A stretch of 64,000 nucleotides of DNA from Chloroflexota bacterium (GTDB taxonomy: Bacteria; Chloroflexota; Limnocylindria; Limnocylindrales; CSP1-4): assembly GCA_019637815.1 (NCBI GenBank), contig JAHBUZ010000008.1:88593-152592 (forward strand). The letters run 5' to 3'. Below the pieces are notes generated by a model. The model saw only the letters and a list, made by a program, of their open reading frames with translations. It was not told the origin of the DNA and did not search any database. Both the position numbers and the translations under genes were made by a program. Positions within the stretch are counted from its first letter, which is position 1. Each line of letters begins with the position of its first letter. Shown piece after piece: positions 1 to 9,349 of the stretch.

Positions 1-1
1 G

Positions 2-1144
2 GAGGCCGACGCGCTCATCCTCGCCGTGGCAGGGCTCGAGCGCCTCGGTCAGGGCCACCGCATCACCGCGCGTCTCGACGCGCGGATCATCCCGCCGGCA
101 CCGGGCCAGGGTGCCATCGCGGTCCAGGTGCGCGCGACCGATGGCCATGCACGGACGGCGGTGGCGACACTCGACCATGTCGCGACGCGTGCCGCCGTGG
201 AGGCGGAGCGAGCCTTCCTGGACGCGTGTGGTGGTGGCTGTCGGGCACCCATCGGTGCGCTCGCCCGGGTGGAGGGTGACGGTCTGCGGATCTCGGTCGG
301 CATCGGCGATGGCGGGAGCCGGGTGGCACGCGGGGACGGCGACGTGGGCCCTGACGGGTCGCGGCTCCTCGGGGAGCGGCTCGTGGCGGACCTGGCCGGT
401 CCGGATGCGCCGGTGGTGCTCGTGACACGACCGACCGACCAGCGATTGCCGCTGATGCGGGCCCTCGCGGAGCTCGGGGTCGCGGCTGCGCCCGTGGCAG
501 CCATCGCCACCGTGCCCATGGGTCCGGCACCGCTGCGGGATGGGCTCGTGGGCCTGCCATCGGGTGCCTGGGTCGTGGTCACGAGCCCGACGGGTGCCCG
601 GATCGCGGGTGCCGTGGCGGCCCATCTGGGTCGTGGTGACCTGCGCTGGGCGGCGGTGGGGGAGGCGACCGCACTCCAGCTGGTGCGGGCGGGTCTGACA
701 GGCATCTGGACCCCCAGCCGACCCGATGGCCGGGCCATCGCGGAGGAGCTGCCGGCGGATCCGGGAGCCTCGGTGCTGCTGGTGCGGGGCGACCTCGCCG
801 ATCCGGAGCTGGCTGCCACGCTCGAGCGGCGTGGCGCGATCGTCCGGGAGGTCACGGCGTATCGCACCGTGGAGGCGCCCGGCTCGTCGCGGCCGCAGCT
901 CGCCGAGGCGCTCCAGCGCGACCCTGCGGCCGTGGTGCTCGCGAGCGGCTCCGCGGTGCGTGGGCTGCTGACGCTCGCGGGTCCGGCCGCGGAGACGCTT
1001 CGCCGCCTGCCCGCGCTGTGCATCGGTCCGACGACCGCAGCGGTCGCCCGCGAGGCGGGGTTCCGCGACGTGTGTGTCGCGCGCAGACCGAGCGATGAGG
1101 CGCTCGCCGAGCTCGCCGCCGCGACCGTGGCCCTGCGGCCATGA
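2..1144 (+). CDS. hemC: Porphobilinogen deaminase (C-terminal part) fused to uroporphyrinogen-III synthase; the 5' end lies outside the window
   Basis: The frame is open from the window edge. '[48 protein letters not shown]' is the HemC C-terminal region. It continues without a stop into a ~250-aa HemD/HEM4-like half ('[24 protein letters not shown]'). Stop is TGA at 1142-1144. Confidence 0.85.
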   Translation, partial: EADALILAVAGLERLGQGHRITARLDARIIPPAPGQGAIAVQVRATDGHARTAVATLDHVATRAAVEAERAFLDACGGGCRAPIGALARVEGDGLRISVGIGDGGSRVARGDGDVGPDGSRLLGERLVADLAGPDAPVVLVTRPTDQRLPLMRALAELGVAAAPVAAIATVPMGPAPLRDGLVGLPSGAWVVVTSPTGARIAGAVAAHLGRGDLRWAAVGEATALQLVRAGLTGIWTPSRPDGRAIAEELPADPGASVLLVRGDLADPELAATLERRGAIVREVTAYRTVEAPGSSRPQLAEALQRDPAAVVLASGSAVRGLLTLAGPAAETLRRLPALCIGPTTAAVAREAGFRDVCVARRPSDEALAELAAATVALRP

Positions 1145-1199
1145 GCGTGGTGGTCCAGCGGGTGGCGACCCGGGAGCCGCGGGCCGCGGACCAGGTGCC

Positions 1200-2222
1200 A
1201 TGGTCCTGAGCGACACGGCTCCGGCTGCCCGCCCGCTCCTCCATCGACCACGGCGGCTGCGGACGTCTCCCGCCGTGCGACGACTCGTGCGCGAGACCCG
1301 GCTCCATCCCGCACAGCTCGTGGCGCCCCTGTTCGTGCGTCCCGGCAGGGGCATCCGGGAGCCCATCGCGTCCCTGCCCGGCCAGGCTCGGCTGAGCGTG
1401 GACGAGCTGGTCATCGAGGCGCATCGACTGGCCGAGCTCGGCATCGGCGGCCTGCTCCTGTTCGGCCTGCCGGCGGCCAAGGACCCCGAGGGCTCGGGTG
1501 CCTGGGTCGAGGACGGCATCGTCCAGACCGCGCTGAGCGCGCTCCGGGCCGCGGACCTGCCGCTGGTGCTCATCGCGGACACGTGTCTCTGCGAGTACAC
1601 CTCGCATGGCCATTGCGGACCGCTGCTGCCGAGCGGCACCGTGGACAACGACCCGGCGCTCGCGCTGCTCGCGCGGACCGCGGTGTCCCAGGCGACCGCG
1701 GGCGCGGACATCGTGGCGCCGAGCGCGATGATGGATGGCCAGGTGGCGGCGATCCGGGCCGCGCTGGACGCGGCGGGCCACCCCACGACGGCGATCATGG
1801 CGTACGCCGCCAAGACCGCCTCCGCGTTCTACGGCCCGTTCCGGGAGGCCGCGGACAGCGCCCCCGCGATGGGTGACCGACGGGGCTACCAGATGGATCC
1901 GGCGAACGGCCGCGAGGCACGCCGCGAGACCGCCCTGGATGTCACGGAGGGTGCGGACATCCTGCTCGTGAAGCCGGCTCTGCCCCAGCTGGACGTCGTG
2001 GCGGCCACGCGCGCCGCGCATGACCTGCCCGTCGCCGCGTACCACGTGTCCGGCGAGTACGCGATGGTCCACGCGGCAGCGGAGCGGGACTGGCTGGACG
2101 CTCGTGCCGTGCTCACGGAGAGCGTCACCGCCATCGTGCGGGCCGGCGCGGACATCGTCATCACGTATGCCGCGGCGGACCTCGCGCGCTGGCTCACCGA
2201 GGAAGGCGCCACGACCCCATGA
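1200..2222 (+). CDS. hemB: Porphobilinogen synthase (delta-aminolevulinate dehydratase)
   Basis: '[20 protein letters not shown]', '[15 protein letters not shown]' and '[16 protein letters not shown]' are typical ALAD motifs. I chose ATG 1200 over the upstream GTG 1074, which would overlap hemC/D. Confidence 0.9.
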   Translation: MVLSDTAPAARPLLHRPRRLRTSPAVRRLVRETRLHPAQLVAPLFVRPGRGIREPIASLPGQARLSVDELVIEAHRLAELGIGGLLLFGLPAAKDPEGSGAWVEDGIVQTALSALRAADLPLVLIADTCLCEYTSHGHCGPLLPSGTVDNDPALALLARTAVSQATAGADIVAPSAMMDGQVAAIRAALDAAGHPTTAIMAYAAKTASAFYGPFREAADSAPAMGDRRGYQMDPANGREARRETALDVTEGADILLVKPALPQLDVVAATRAAHDLPVAAYHVSGEYAMVHAAAERDWLDARAVLTESVTAIVRAGADIVITYAAADLARWLTEEGATTP

Positions 2223-2920
2223 CCGACACGCCCTGGTATCTCCACGTCCTGGCCCTGGGCATCGACCCTGCCTGGCGCCGACGCTCCGCGCGGGACCGCG
2301 CGGATGACTGGTCGACGTTCGCGGAGGCGGAGACATCCGCTGCCGGTCGGGGCGTCACCAGCACCTGCTATTCCTCGATCGGGCTCCAGCCGGGCGTGGA
2401 CCTGCTGCTGTGGCGCCATGCACCGGACATGGAGGCCCTCGAGGAAGGGGCGGCGGCCCTGCTGCGCTCGTCGCTGGGTGGCTGGTTGACCGTGACCCAC
2501 GCGTTCCTCGGCCGGAGCGGCCCGTCGCAGTACGTCGCGAAGCCCACCGCCCAGGAGCAGGGCATGACGGACGAGACCAAGGACCGCTATCTCATCGTGT
2601 ATCCGTTCACCAAGTCCGCGCGCTGGTACCTCTCGCCGCGGGAGGAGCGGCAGGCGGCCATGAACGAGCACATGAAGGTCGGTCGGCGATACCCCATGGT
2701 CCGCCAGGCGCTCGCCTACTCCTTCGGGCTCGATGACCAGGACTTCGTGGTCTCGTACGAGACGGATGACCTGGGGGCCTTCGGCGACCTGGTGCGCGAT
2801 CTGCGGGGGACCGAATCGCGACGCGAGACGGTGAGCGACGTGCCCATCCTGCTGGGGGTGCACCGGCCGATGGACGACATCGGTCGGCTCCTGGGGGCCC
2901 TCGAGCCCGTCCGGCCGTGA
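2219..2920 (+). CDS. chdC: Coproheme decarboxylase (HemQ/ChdC, chlorite-dismutase fold)
   Basis: '[43 protein letters not shown]'. The ATG overlaps the hemB stop (ATGA). Confidence 0.88.
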   Translation: MTDTPWYLHVLALGIDPAWRRRSARDRADDWSTFAEAETSAAGRGVTSTCYSSIGLQPGVDLLLWRHAPDMEALEEGAAALLRSSLGGWLTVTHAFLGRSGPSQYVAKPTAQEQGMTDETKDRYLIVYPFTKSARWYLSPREERQAAMNEHMKVGRRYPMVRQALAYSFGLDDQDFVVSYETDDLGAFGDLVRDLRGTESRRETVSDVPILLGVHRPMDDIGRLLGALEPVRP

Positions 2921-4239
2921 GCGGGCGCATGGCGGTCGACCCGGCCGATGACACGGGGGCCGGCATCGCCTCCGCTGCGGGGCCGCGGGCGCGGGCCGCC
3001 GACCTGTTCCCGGGCGGCGTCAACAGCCCGGTGCGGGCATCCCGGTCCATCGACGCGCCACCGGTGCTGCTCGTTTCCGGGGATGGCCCGTACGTCACCG
3101 ACGTCGATGACCGGCGATACATCGACCTCGTCGGCGCGTGGGGGGCCGCGATCACGGGGCATGCCCATCCCGCGGTCGTGGCCGCGGTCCAGGACGCCAC
3201 CACGAACGGGTTCGCGCTGGGCATGACGCATCCCGGCGAGGTCGCGCTGGGCGAGGCGATCCGGGCCGCCATGCCGTCCCTGGAGCGGCTGCGCTTCACC
3301 TCCTCGGGCACGGAAGCGGTCATGAGTGCGCTGCGACTCGCACGGGCAGCGACCGGCCGCGATCTCGTGGTCATGTTCGAGGGGGCGTACCACGGACACT
3401 CGGATGCCTTGCTGGCATCCGCCGGATCGGGTCTCGCTACCTTGGGCGTGCCGGCGAGCGCGGGCGTCCCGGCGGTCGTGGCCGCGACGACACTGGTGCT
3501 GCCCTGGAACGATCCGGACGCGCTCCGCGAGGCCTTCCGGGTGCATCCGGACGCCATCGCGGCGGTCATCGTGGAGCCGATCATCGCGAACAGCGGGGTG
3601 ATCCCGCCCGCGGCCGGCTGGCTGGAGACCCTGCGTGAGGTCACCCGGGCGCACGGCACGCTGCTCGTGTTCGACGAGGTCATCACCGGGTTCCGCCTCG
3701 GTCGTGGTGGTGCGCAGGCACGCTTCGGCATCGAGCCGGACCTGACCACGCTCGGCAAGGTCATCGGCGGCGGGCTGCCGGTGGGCGCGTACGGCGGACG
3801 CGCGGACCTCATGACCCTCGTGGCACCGGACGGGCCGATGTACCAGGCGGGGACGCTGGCCGGTCACCCGCTGACCATGGCCGCCGGGCTGGCCACGCTG
3901 GCGGAGCTTCGTCCGGAGCGGTTCGTGGCGCTCGAGGAGCGGGTCACGCGGCTGGCGGCGGGACTGTGGGAGGCCGCCCGGGATGCTGGTCGCGCGGACG
4001 TGTCGGTCGTGCAGGCGGGTCCGTTGCTGACGCTGTTCATGGCGTCGACCCCACCGGTGGATGGGGCCGCGGCGCAGCGCGCGAACCGGGCCACATTCGC
4101 GCGGTTCTGTCGCGCGATGCGGGCGCGAGGCGTGCTGCTGCCGCCCTCCCAGTTCGAGGCGTGGTTCCCGGGCTTCGCGCACGGGGATGCGGAGATCGAC
4201 CTGGTCCTGGCCGCGGCCCGCGAGGCGCTCCGCACGTGA
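2917..4239 (+). CDS. hemL: Glutamate-1-semialdehyde 2,1-aminomutase
   Basis: 'FPGGVNSPVRA', 'FDEVITGFR', and the PLP-Lys region 'TTLGKVIGGGLPVGAYGG'. The GTG start overlaps the chdC stop (GTGA). Confidence 0.93.
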   Translation: MSGRMAVDPADDTGAGIASAAGPRARAADLFPGGVNSPVRASRSIDAPPVLLVSGDGPYVTDVDDRRYIDLVGAWGAAITGHAHPAVVAAVQDATTNGFALGMTHPGEVALGEAIRAAMPSLERLRFTSSGTEAVMSALRLARAATGRDLVVMFEGAYHGHSDALLASAGSGLATLGVPASAGVPAVVAATTLVLPWNDPDALREAFRVHPDAIAAVIVEPIIANSGVIPPAAGWLETLREVTRAHGTLLVFDEVITGFRLGRGGAQARFGIEPDLTTLGKVIGGGLPVGAYGGRADLMTLVAPDGPMYQAGTLAGHPLTMAAGLATLAELRPERFVALEERVTRLAAGLWEAARDAGRADVSVVQAGPLLTLFMASTPPVDGAAAQRANRATFARFCRAMRARGVLLPPSQFEAWFPGFAHGDAEIDLVLAAAREALRT

Positions 4240-5327
4240 TCGATGGCGCCACCGTGACCCTGCCGCCGACCGGGTCCACCGCCGAGCCCGCGGAGCGCTT
4301 CCTGCGCGCCTGTCGACGCCTGCCGGTCGACGGCACGCCCGTCTGGTTCATGCGCCAGGCCGGTCGCTCCCTGCCCGAGTACCGCGCGATCCGGGAGCGC
4401 GTCACGCTCGAGGGGATCGTCGCCGACGCCGCCCTGTGCGCGGAGGTGACGCTCCAGCCGGTGACCCGCCTCGGTGTGGACGCGGCGATCCTGTTCGCGG
4501 ACATCACGACGCCCCTCGCGGGCATGGGTGTGGACGTGCGACTCGTGGATGGGGTGGGGCCCGTCATCGAGCGGCCCATCCGGACGCATGACGATCTCGA
4601 CCGGTTGCGGCCGTTCGCGGCGGACAGCGTGGCGCCACTGCTGGACGCGATCGGCATCCTGCGCCGGGAGCTCCGGGTGCCGCTCATCGGGTTCGCGGGC
4701 GCGCCCTTCACGCTCGCCGCGTACCTCGTGGAGGGCCGCGCGGCGCGGGAGGCGACCGCGGTCCGGGCGATGCTCCGCGACGACCCGGCGCTGTTCGGTG
4801 ACCTGCTCGCGCGGCTGGCAGCCATGACGGTCGACTATCTCCGGGCGCAGGTCGAGGCCGGGGTCCAGGCGGTCCAGCTGTTCGACTCCTGGATCGGCAC
4901 CCTCTCGCCGTTCGATTTGGACCGCGCCGTGGCTCCGCATCTCCGGACGGTGTTCGACGCGATCGCCACGACCGGTGTGCCGGCCATCCACTTCGGCACC
5001 GGGAGTGCGGGGCTGCTCGCGCTCCAGGCGGCCGCCGGTGGCGATGTCATCGGTGTCGACCACCGCATCGGGCTCGCCGATGCCTGGGCGCAGGTGCCCG
5101 ACCGGGCCGTCCAGGGCAACCTCGATCCATCGGTGCTCCTGGGGTCATGGGAGGGCGTGGCGGAGCAGGCGCACTGGGTGCTCGACCAGGCGGCGGGTCG
5201 CGCGGGGCATATCTTCAATCTCGGCCATGGCGTGCTGCCGGGCACGGACCCCGAGCACCTGCGACGACTCGTGGATCTGGTGCACGAACGCACCGCCCGT
5301 GGGTCGGCATCCGGGACGGTCGCGTGA
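4236..5327 (+). CDS. hemE: Uroporphyrinogen decarboxylase
   Basis: Canonical 'PVWFMRQAGRSLPEYR', 'LFADITTPL', 'GAPFTLAAYLVEG' and 'IFNLGHGVLPGT'. GTG 4236 overlaps the hemL stop (GTGA). The track ORF start at 3966 lies inside hemL. Confidence 0.9.
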   Translation: MIDGATVTLPPTGSTAEPAERFLRACRRLPVDGTPVWFMRQAGRSLPEYRAIRERVTLEGIVADAALCAEVTLQPVTRLGVDAAILFADITTPLAGMGVDVRLVDGVGPVIERPIRTHDDLDRLRPFAADSVAPLLDAIGILRRELRVPLIGFAGAPFTLAAYLVEGRAAREATAVRAMLRDDPALFGDLLARLAAMTVDYLRAQVEAGVQAVQLFDSWIGTLSPFDLDRAVAPHLRTVFDAIATTGVPAIHFGTGSAGLLALQAAAGGDVIGVDHRIGLADAWAQVPDRAVQGNLDPSVLLGSWEGVAEQAHWVLDQAAGRAGHIFNLGHGVLPGTDPEHLRRLVDLVHERTARGSASGTVA

Positions 5328-5394
5328 GCCACCGCCGAGGTGGCCCCGTGACAGGGCCGCGCCGACGAGGGGTTCCCATCGCGGGCCCGCGGCC

Positions 5395-6459
5395 ATGACC
5401 GGCGCGGAGCGGTTCCTCGCCGCGTGTCGAGGCGAGCCGATCGATGCCACCCCAGTCTGGTTCATGCGCCAGGCGGGTGGCCAGCTGCCCGGCTATCTCG
5501 CGCTCCGCGAGCGGTACTCCGTGCTGGACATCGCGACGACACCCGAGCTGTGCGCGAAGGTGAGCGCGGGTGCGGCCACGACCCTCGGCACCGACGGCGC
5601 GGTGATGTACGCGGACATCATGCTGCTGGTCCAGGCGATGGGCGTGCCCCTCGAGCTGGCCTCGACCGGGCCGGTGCTCGGACGCACCATCCGGACCGAT
5701 GCGGACATCGCCGGGCTTCGGACGCCGGACCCGGCCACGGACCTGGGGCATGTGCTCGCGGCGATCGGCATCGTGCGCCGGGAGCTCGCCGGGCGTGCCG
5801 CGGTCATCGGCATCGCGGGCGGGCCGTTCACGCTCGGCGCGTATCTCGTGGAGGGCGGGCCGTCCCGTGACCAGCTGCTGGCGCGTGCCCTGATCCTCGG
5901 CACGCCCGCCACGTGGCACGCGCTCATGGAACGGCTCACGACCGCGACCATCGACTACGCGGTAGCCCAGGTCACGGCTGGTGCGGATGTCATCGCCCTG
6001 TTCGACACGTGGGCGGCATCCCTCACGGAGACCGAGTATCGCGCTGCGGTGCTGCCATACAGTCAGCGCATCATCGCCGCGGTCCGGGGCGCGGGCGGCC
6101 ACGTCATCCACTCGATGGCGCGCTCGGCGCCGTTGCTGGATGCCATCGCGGACCTCGGCGCCGGTGTCATCGCCATCGATTCCCGGCAGCCCATCGCGCT
6201 CGCGCGTCGTCGCCTTGGCGCGGGACAGCCCGTCCAGGGGAATCTCGACCCGGCCCGGCTGCTGGCTGGCTGGGCGTCGATCGAGACCGGCGCACGCGAT
6301 GTGCTCGATGCCGTCGGTGGTGCGCCAGGCCACCTGTTCAATACCGGCGAGGCGATCCCCCGCGAGACCGACCCTGCGCTCCTGCGCGACCTCGTCTCAC
6401 TCGTCCACGACATCACGGCCGGTGCGCGCCGGCCCACCGAGGAGCCCGTCCATGCCTGA
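5395..6459 (+). CDS. Divergent uroporphyrinogen-decarboxylase-family paralogue
   Basis: Collinear with hemE ('PVWFMRQAGGQLPGY', 'MYADIML', 'GGPFTLGAYLVEG'), but it carries 'RQAGG' and 'LFNTGEAIP' in place of 'RQAGR' and 'NLGHG'. ATG 5395 is in frame and sits 67 nt after the hemE stop. Confidence 0.8.
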   Translation: MTGAERFLAACRGEPIDATPVWFMRQAGGQLPGYLALRERYSVLDIATTPELCAKVSAGAATTLGTDGAVMYADIMLLVQAMGVPLELASTGPVLGRTIRTDADIAGLRTPDPATDLGHVLAAIGIVRRELAGRAAVIGIAGGPFTLGAYLVEGGPSRDQLLARALILGTPATWHALMERLTTATIDYAVAQVTAGADVIALFDTWAASLTETEYRAAVLPYSQRIIAAVRGAGGHVIHSMARSAPLLDAIADLGAGVIAIDSRQPIALARRRLGAGQPVQGNLDPARLLAGWASIETGARDVLDAVGGAPGHLFNTGEAIPRETDPALLRDLVSLVHDITAGARRPTEEPVHA

Positions 6460-7432
6460 CCCCGTGACCCTCACCGAACCCCGCGTCGGGGTCCTGCTCA
6501 TGACCTACGGCTCACCCGTCGATGATGCGGACGTGGCACGCTACCTCCGCGCCGTGCGTGGCGGTCGCGATGCCGATCCGGAGCTGCTCGACGAGTTCCG
6601 GCGGCGCTACCAGGTCATCGGTGGCTCGCCGCTCATCCCGCTGACCGTGCGCCAGGCGGACGCGCTGGAGGCGGCGCTCGAGGGATCCCGCGGGTCCGCG
6701 CGTGTCCTCGCCGCGATGCGCTTCTCCGAGCCGTCCATCACGACCGCGCTCAGCGTCCTCGCCGCGGAGGGCATCCGCGACGTGGTCGCGATCGTGCTCT
6801 CCCCGCAGTACTCGCCGCTGCTCATGGGCGGATACGCCCGTGACCTGGCCGCGGCGCAGGCCGCGATCGGGGATGCGGCGCCCGAGGTCACCGTGGCGGG
6901 TGCGTGGCACGAGCAGCCGGCGTTCGTGGAGGCGCTCGCGGGGCGCATCCGGGACACGCTCGCGGCACTCCCCGATGGCGAGGGCGCGACCGCGCCCGTG
7001 CTGCTGACCGCGCACAGCCTGCCGAAGCGCATCGCGACCGATGAGCCGGACTATCTTGCTCAGCTGGAGTGGACCGCGACGGCGGTCGCCGAGGCGGCGG
7101 GGGTCGATCGAAGCCGCTGGACCTTCTGCTGGCAGAGCGCCGGCCACGAGCCAGGGGAGTGGATGAAGCCCGACTTCGCGGATCTGACACCGGGTCTCGC
7201 TGCGGCGGGACATCGGTCGGTGGTCGTGGCGCCCGTGCAGTTCCTGTCCGATCACCTTGAGACGCTGTACGACGTGGACATCGCGGCCCGCGAGCAGGCC
7301 GAGGAACACGGGCTGTGCTTCGTGCGCATCCCGGCGCTCAACGACGACCCGGGGCTCATCGATGCGCTGGCCGCGGTCGTCCGCGAGACCCGAGCCGGGG
7401 CGCCAGCGGCCGCGGCGGTCGCCAGCCGCTGA
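6452..7432 (+). CDS. cpfC: Coproporphyrin ferrochelatase (HemH/CpfC)
   Basis: 'VGVLLMTYGSP..YLRAVRGGR', 'IGGSPL', 'LLTAHSLP' and 'QFLSDHLETLYD'. ATG 6452 overlaps the preceding stop (ATGCCTGA). There is no C-terminal Cys cluster. Confidence 0.9.
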   Translation: MPDPVTLTEPRVGVLLMTYGSPVDDADVARYLRAVRGGRDADPELLDEFRRRYQVIGGSPLIPLTVRQADALEAALEGSRGSARVLAAMRFSEPSITTALSVLAAEGIRDVVAIVLSPQYSPLLMGGYARDLAAAQAAIGDAAPEVTVAGAWHEQPAFVEALAGRIRDTLAALPDGEGATAPVLLTAHSLPKRIATDEPDYLAQLEWTATAVAEAAGVDRSRWTFCWQSAGHEPGEWMKPDFADLTPGLAAAGHRSVVVAPVQFLSDHLETLYDVDIAAREQAEEHGLCFVRIPALNDDPGLIDALAAVVRETRAGAPAAAAVASR

Positions 7433-7441
7433 GCGGCTGGC

Positions 7442-7732
7442 TCAGGGGTTCGGCTTGACCTCGAGCTCGATGAAGTCGACCACCGCGTCCGATCGATTGC
7501 TGACATCGTGGTCGATGCCCGCGGGTCTGTAGATGGCAGTGCCGGGCTGGAGGGCCACCTCACGGTCGCCGGTCGCATCGCTGAAGGTGAGCGTGCCAGC
7601 GACCAGCGGCACGACGACATAGGGCAGGGGATGCACGTGCTGGCCGATCGCCGACCCCGGCTCCAGCCGCCAGCGGACGGTGCGGGTGTGCTCGTTGTCG
7701 ATGAGCAGCTCGGGGCTCGCGATGGTGGTCAT
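7442..7732 (-). CDS. Small cupin-domain protein
   Basis: The 96-aa ORF contains 'GQHVHPLPYVVVPL..G..' and 'YRPAGIDHDV', which are cupin motif 1/2-like His patterns. Confidence 0.7.
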   Translation of the reverse strand: MTTIASPELLIDNEHTRTVRWRLEPGSAIGQHVHPLPYVVVPLVAGTLTFSDATGDREVALQPGTAIYRPAGIDHDVSNRSDAVVDFIELEVKPNP

Positions 7733-7818
7733 GGGTCGCTCCTGGTGGGGGTGGTCGACGGCTAGGCTATCGTCGCGCCCGATCGTCCGTCAGCCCGCTC
7801 GTCACCCAGGAGTCAGCC

Positions 7819-8202
7819 ATGCTCGTGGTCACCAGCCCGTTCGTGCCGGGTCATCGGATCGTGGAGTCGCTCGGCCTCGCCGTCGGGCTCGTGGTGCGCA
7901 GCCGGGGTATCGGCCCCAACATCGCCGCTGCGTTCCGGTCGCTGGGTGGCGGCGAGATCCATGAGTACACCCAGCTCCTGGAGGAGACGCGGCGGCATGC
8001 CGTGGAGCGGCTCGTGACGCACGCGACCAGCCTCGGCGCCAACGCCATCGTGTCCATGCGCTTCGACAGCTCCGAGATGGGCTCCACGATGTCCGAGATC
8101 GTGGCCTACGGCACGGCCGTCATCATCGCTCCCGATCAGGCCGCGGGGCAGGGGAGCGCATACGCGGGGAGCGCCGTGCCGGGCAGCGCCGTCCCGCGCT
8201 GA
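7819..8202 (+). CDS. YbjQ/UPF0145-family protein (putative heavy-metal-binding domain)
   Basis: 'GHRIVESLGLAVGLVVRSRG..GGEIHEYTQLLEETRRHAVERL..GANAIVSMRFDSSE..VAYGTAV'. ATG 7819 is preceded by CCAGGAG. Confidence 0.75.
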   Translation: MLVVTSPFVPGHRIVESLGLAVGLVVRSRGIGPNIAAAFRSLGGGEIHEYTQLLEETRRHAVERLVTHATSLGANAIVSMRFDSSEMGSTMSEIVAYGTAVIIAPDQAAGQGSAYAGSAVPGSAVPR

Positions 8203-8302
8203 TCGCGGCCGAGGGCTGGTCACGGCCGGGACCCTGCGGGCCCCACATGGCGACCCGCTCGGCCGCTTCGGCCACCCGTGCTCGCCTGTTTCCATGCCGA
8301 TC

Positions 8303-8458
8303 GAGCGAACTGGTCGACCGCGAGCGAGGCCACTGGGCCCACTTCCTGGCCAGAAGGTCCCACTGGTCGAGCGATCGGCGATCTGCCTGAGCATGTGCGC
8401 TGTGGCGAGACTTGCCAACAGGCAGCTCATGGCCGACCAGTCGAACCATCTGGCAAGG
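8303..8458. repeat. Copy A of a dispersed intergenic repeat (partner at 59029-59238)
   Basis: Both loci share ACTGGTCGA, CACTTCCTGGCCAGA, GAGCGATCGGCGAT and GGCC..CCAGTCG.ACCA..TGGC, in the same order and orientation. Confidence 0.7.
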
Positions 8459-8575
8459 TTCCTTGGCGAGGTTCCGTCGCGAGGTGCCACGCACCCCGCG
8501 AGGCACCGCATTCCCGCGCGGAACCGACTCGCGGCGCCGCACCAGTCGCCCGCGCTTCCGGCATACTGACGGCTC

Positions 8576-8688
8576 CTGAAGGGGAGTAGGCCTCCTCCGG
8601 TCGATCGACATGCTGACGCGATGGCGTCCGGTCGCCGGGTCGCGGACATGCAGCCACGCTGCCGGTCCCGATGGCCGAGACCTTCGAC
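8576..8688 (+). promoter_or_regulatory. yybP-ykoY-type Mn2+ riboswitch aptamer
   Basis: The 5' part 'GAAGGGGAGTAG' and the 3' part 'GGCCGAGACCTTC' can close P1 (GAAGG/CCTTC). There is an internal 'GGACATGC' followed by the hairpin GCAGC-cac-GCTGC. It lies 70 nt upstream of a UPF0016/GDT1 Mn-exporter-type gene, the classic context for this riboswitch. Confidence 0.7.
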
Positions 8689-8758
8689 CATCGACGCTCA
8701 TGGGCGTCGGGTCGAGGTCTGCTGCCCCCGATCCCGACGTCCTCCGACCGGAGGGATC

Positions 8759-9349
8759 ATGTTCCTGGACGCGTTCGTGCTCTCGTTCGCTGCCGTCTTC
8801 GTGGCGGAGCTGGGCGACAAGAGCCAGCTCATGGCGCTCACCTTCGCGGCCCGCTATCGCGCGATCGTGGTGCTCATCGGGGTCACGGTGGCGACGCTCA
8901 TCGTGCACGCGGGTTCGGTGGTGCTGGGCGTGGCCATCGCGACGGCCATCCCCACGGACCTCGTCCAGGTCCTGGCGGGCATCGCGTTCCTGGGCTTCGC
9001 GGCGTGGACCATGCGCGGCGACAGCCTCGATGACGAGGAGGAGGGCAAGGCCGCGCGCTCGACGGGATGGGCGGTCCTGGCGGTGGGCGCCGCGTTCTTC
9101 CTCGCGGAGCTGGGCGACAAGACGATGCTCGTGACCATCACGCTCGCCGCCGACCGGGAGCCGTGGGGGACCTGGCTGGGCTCGACCGCGGGCATGGTCG
9201 CAGCGGATGCCATCGCCATCGCGGTGGGCGCGTTCCTGGGCACACGGCTGCCGGAGCGCGCCATCAAGGTGTTCGCGACGATCGCGTTCCTGGTGTTCGG
9301 CGTGCTGCTCATCGTGGAGGGCCTGGGGGTCCGCATGCCCTGGGCCTGA
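8759..9349 (+). CDS. UPF0016/GDT1 (TMEM165)-family cation (Mn2+/Ca2+) transporter
   Basis: Two 'E-x-G-D-K-(S/T)' motifs are present ('VAELGDKSQL' and 'LAELGDKTML'). ATG 8759 is preceded by GGAGGGA. Confidence 0.85.
   Translation: MFLDAFVLSFAAVFVAELGDKSQLMALTFAARYRAIVVLIGVTVATLIVHAGSVVLGVAIATAIPTDLVQVLAGIAFLGFAAWTMRGDSLDDEEEGKAARSTGWAVLAVGAAFFLAELGDKTMLVTITLAADREPWGTWLGSTAGMVAADAIAIAVGAFLGTRLPERAIKVFATIAFLVFGVLLIVEGLGVRMPWA

Noticed and set aside
8294-8569. Small ORFs 8294-8569(+) and 58987-59331(+) as paralogous small proteins ('PGQ..LVERSA..' similarity).
   Set aside because: The similarity is explained by the nucleotide repeat. It is visible in several frames on both strands, because the aligned blocks lack indels. 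There is no RBS, and the composition is not protein-like. I treat the repeat as non-coding until shown otherwise.
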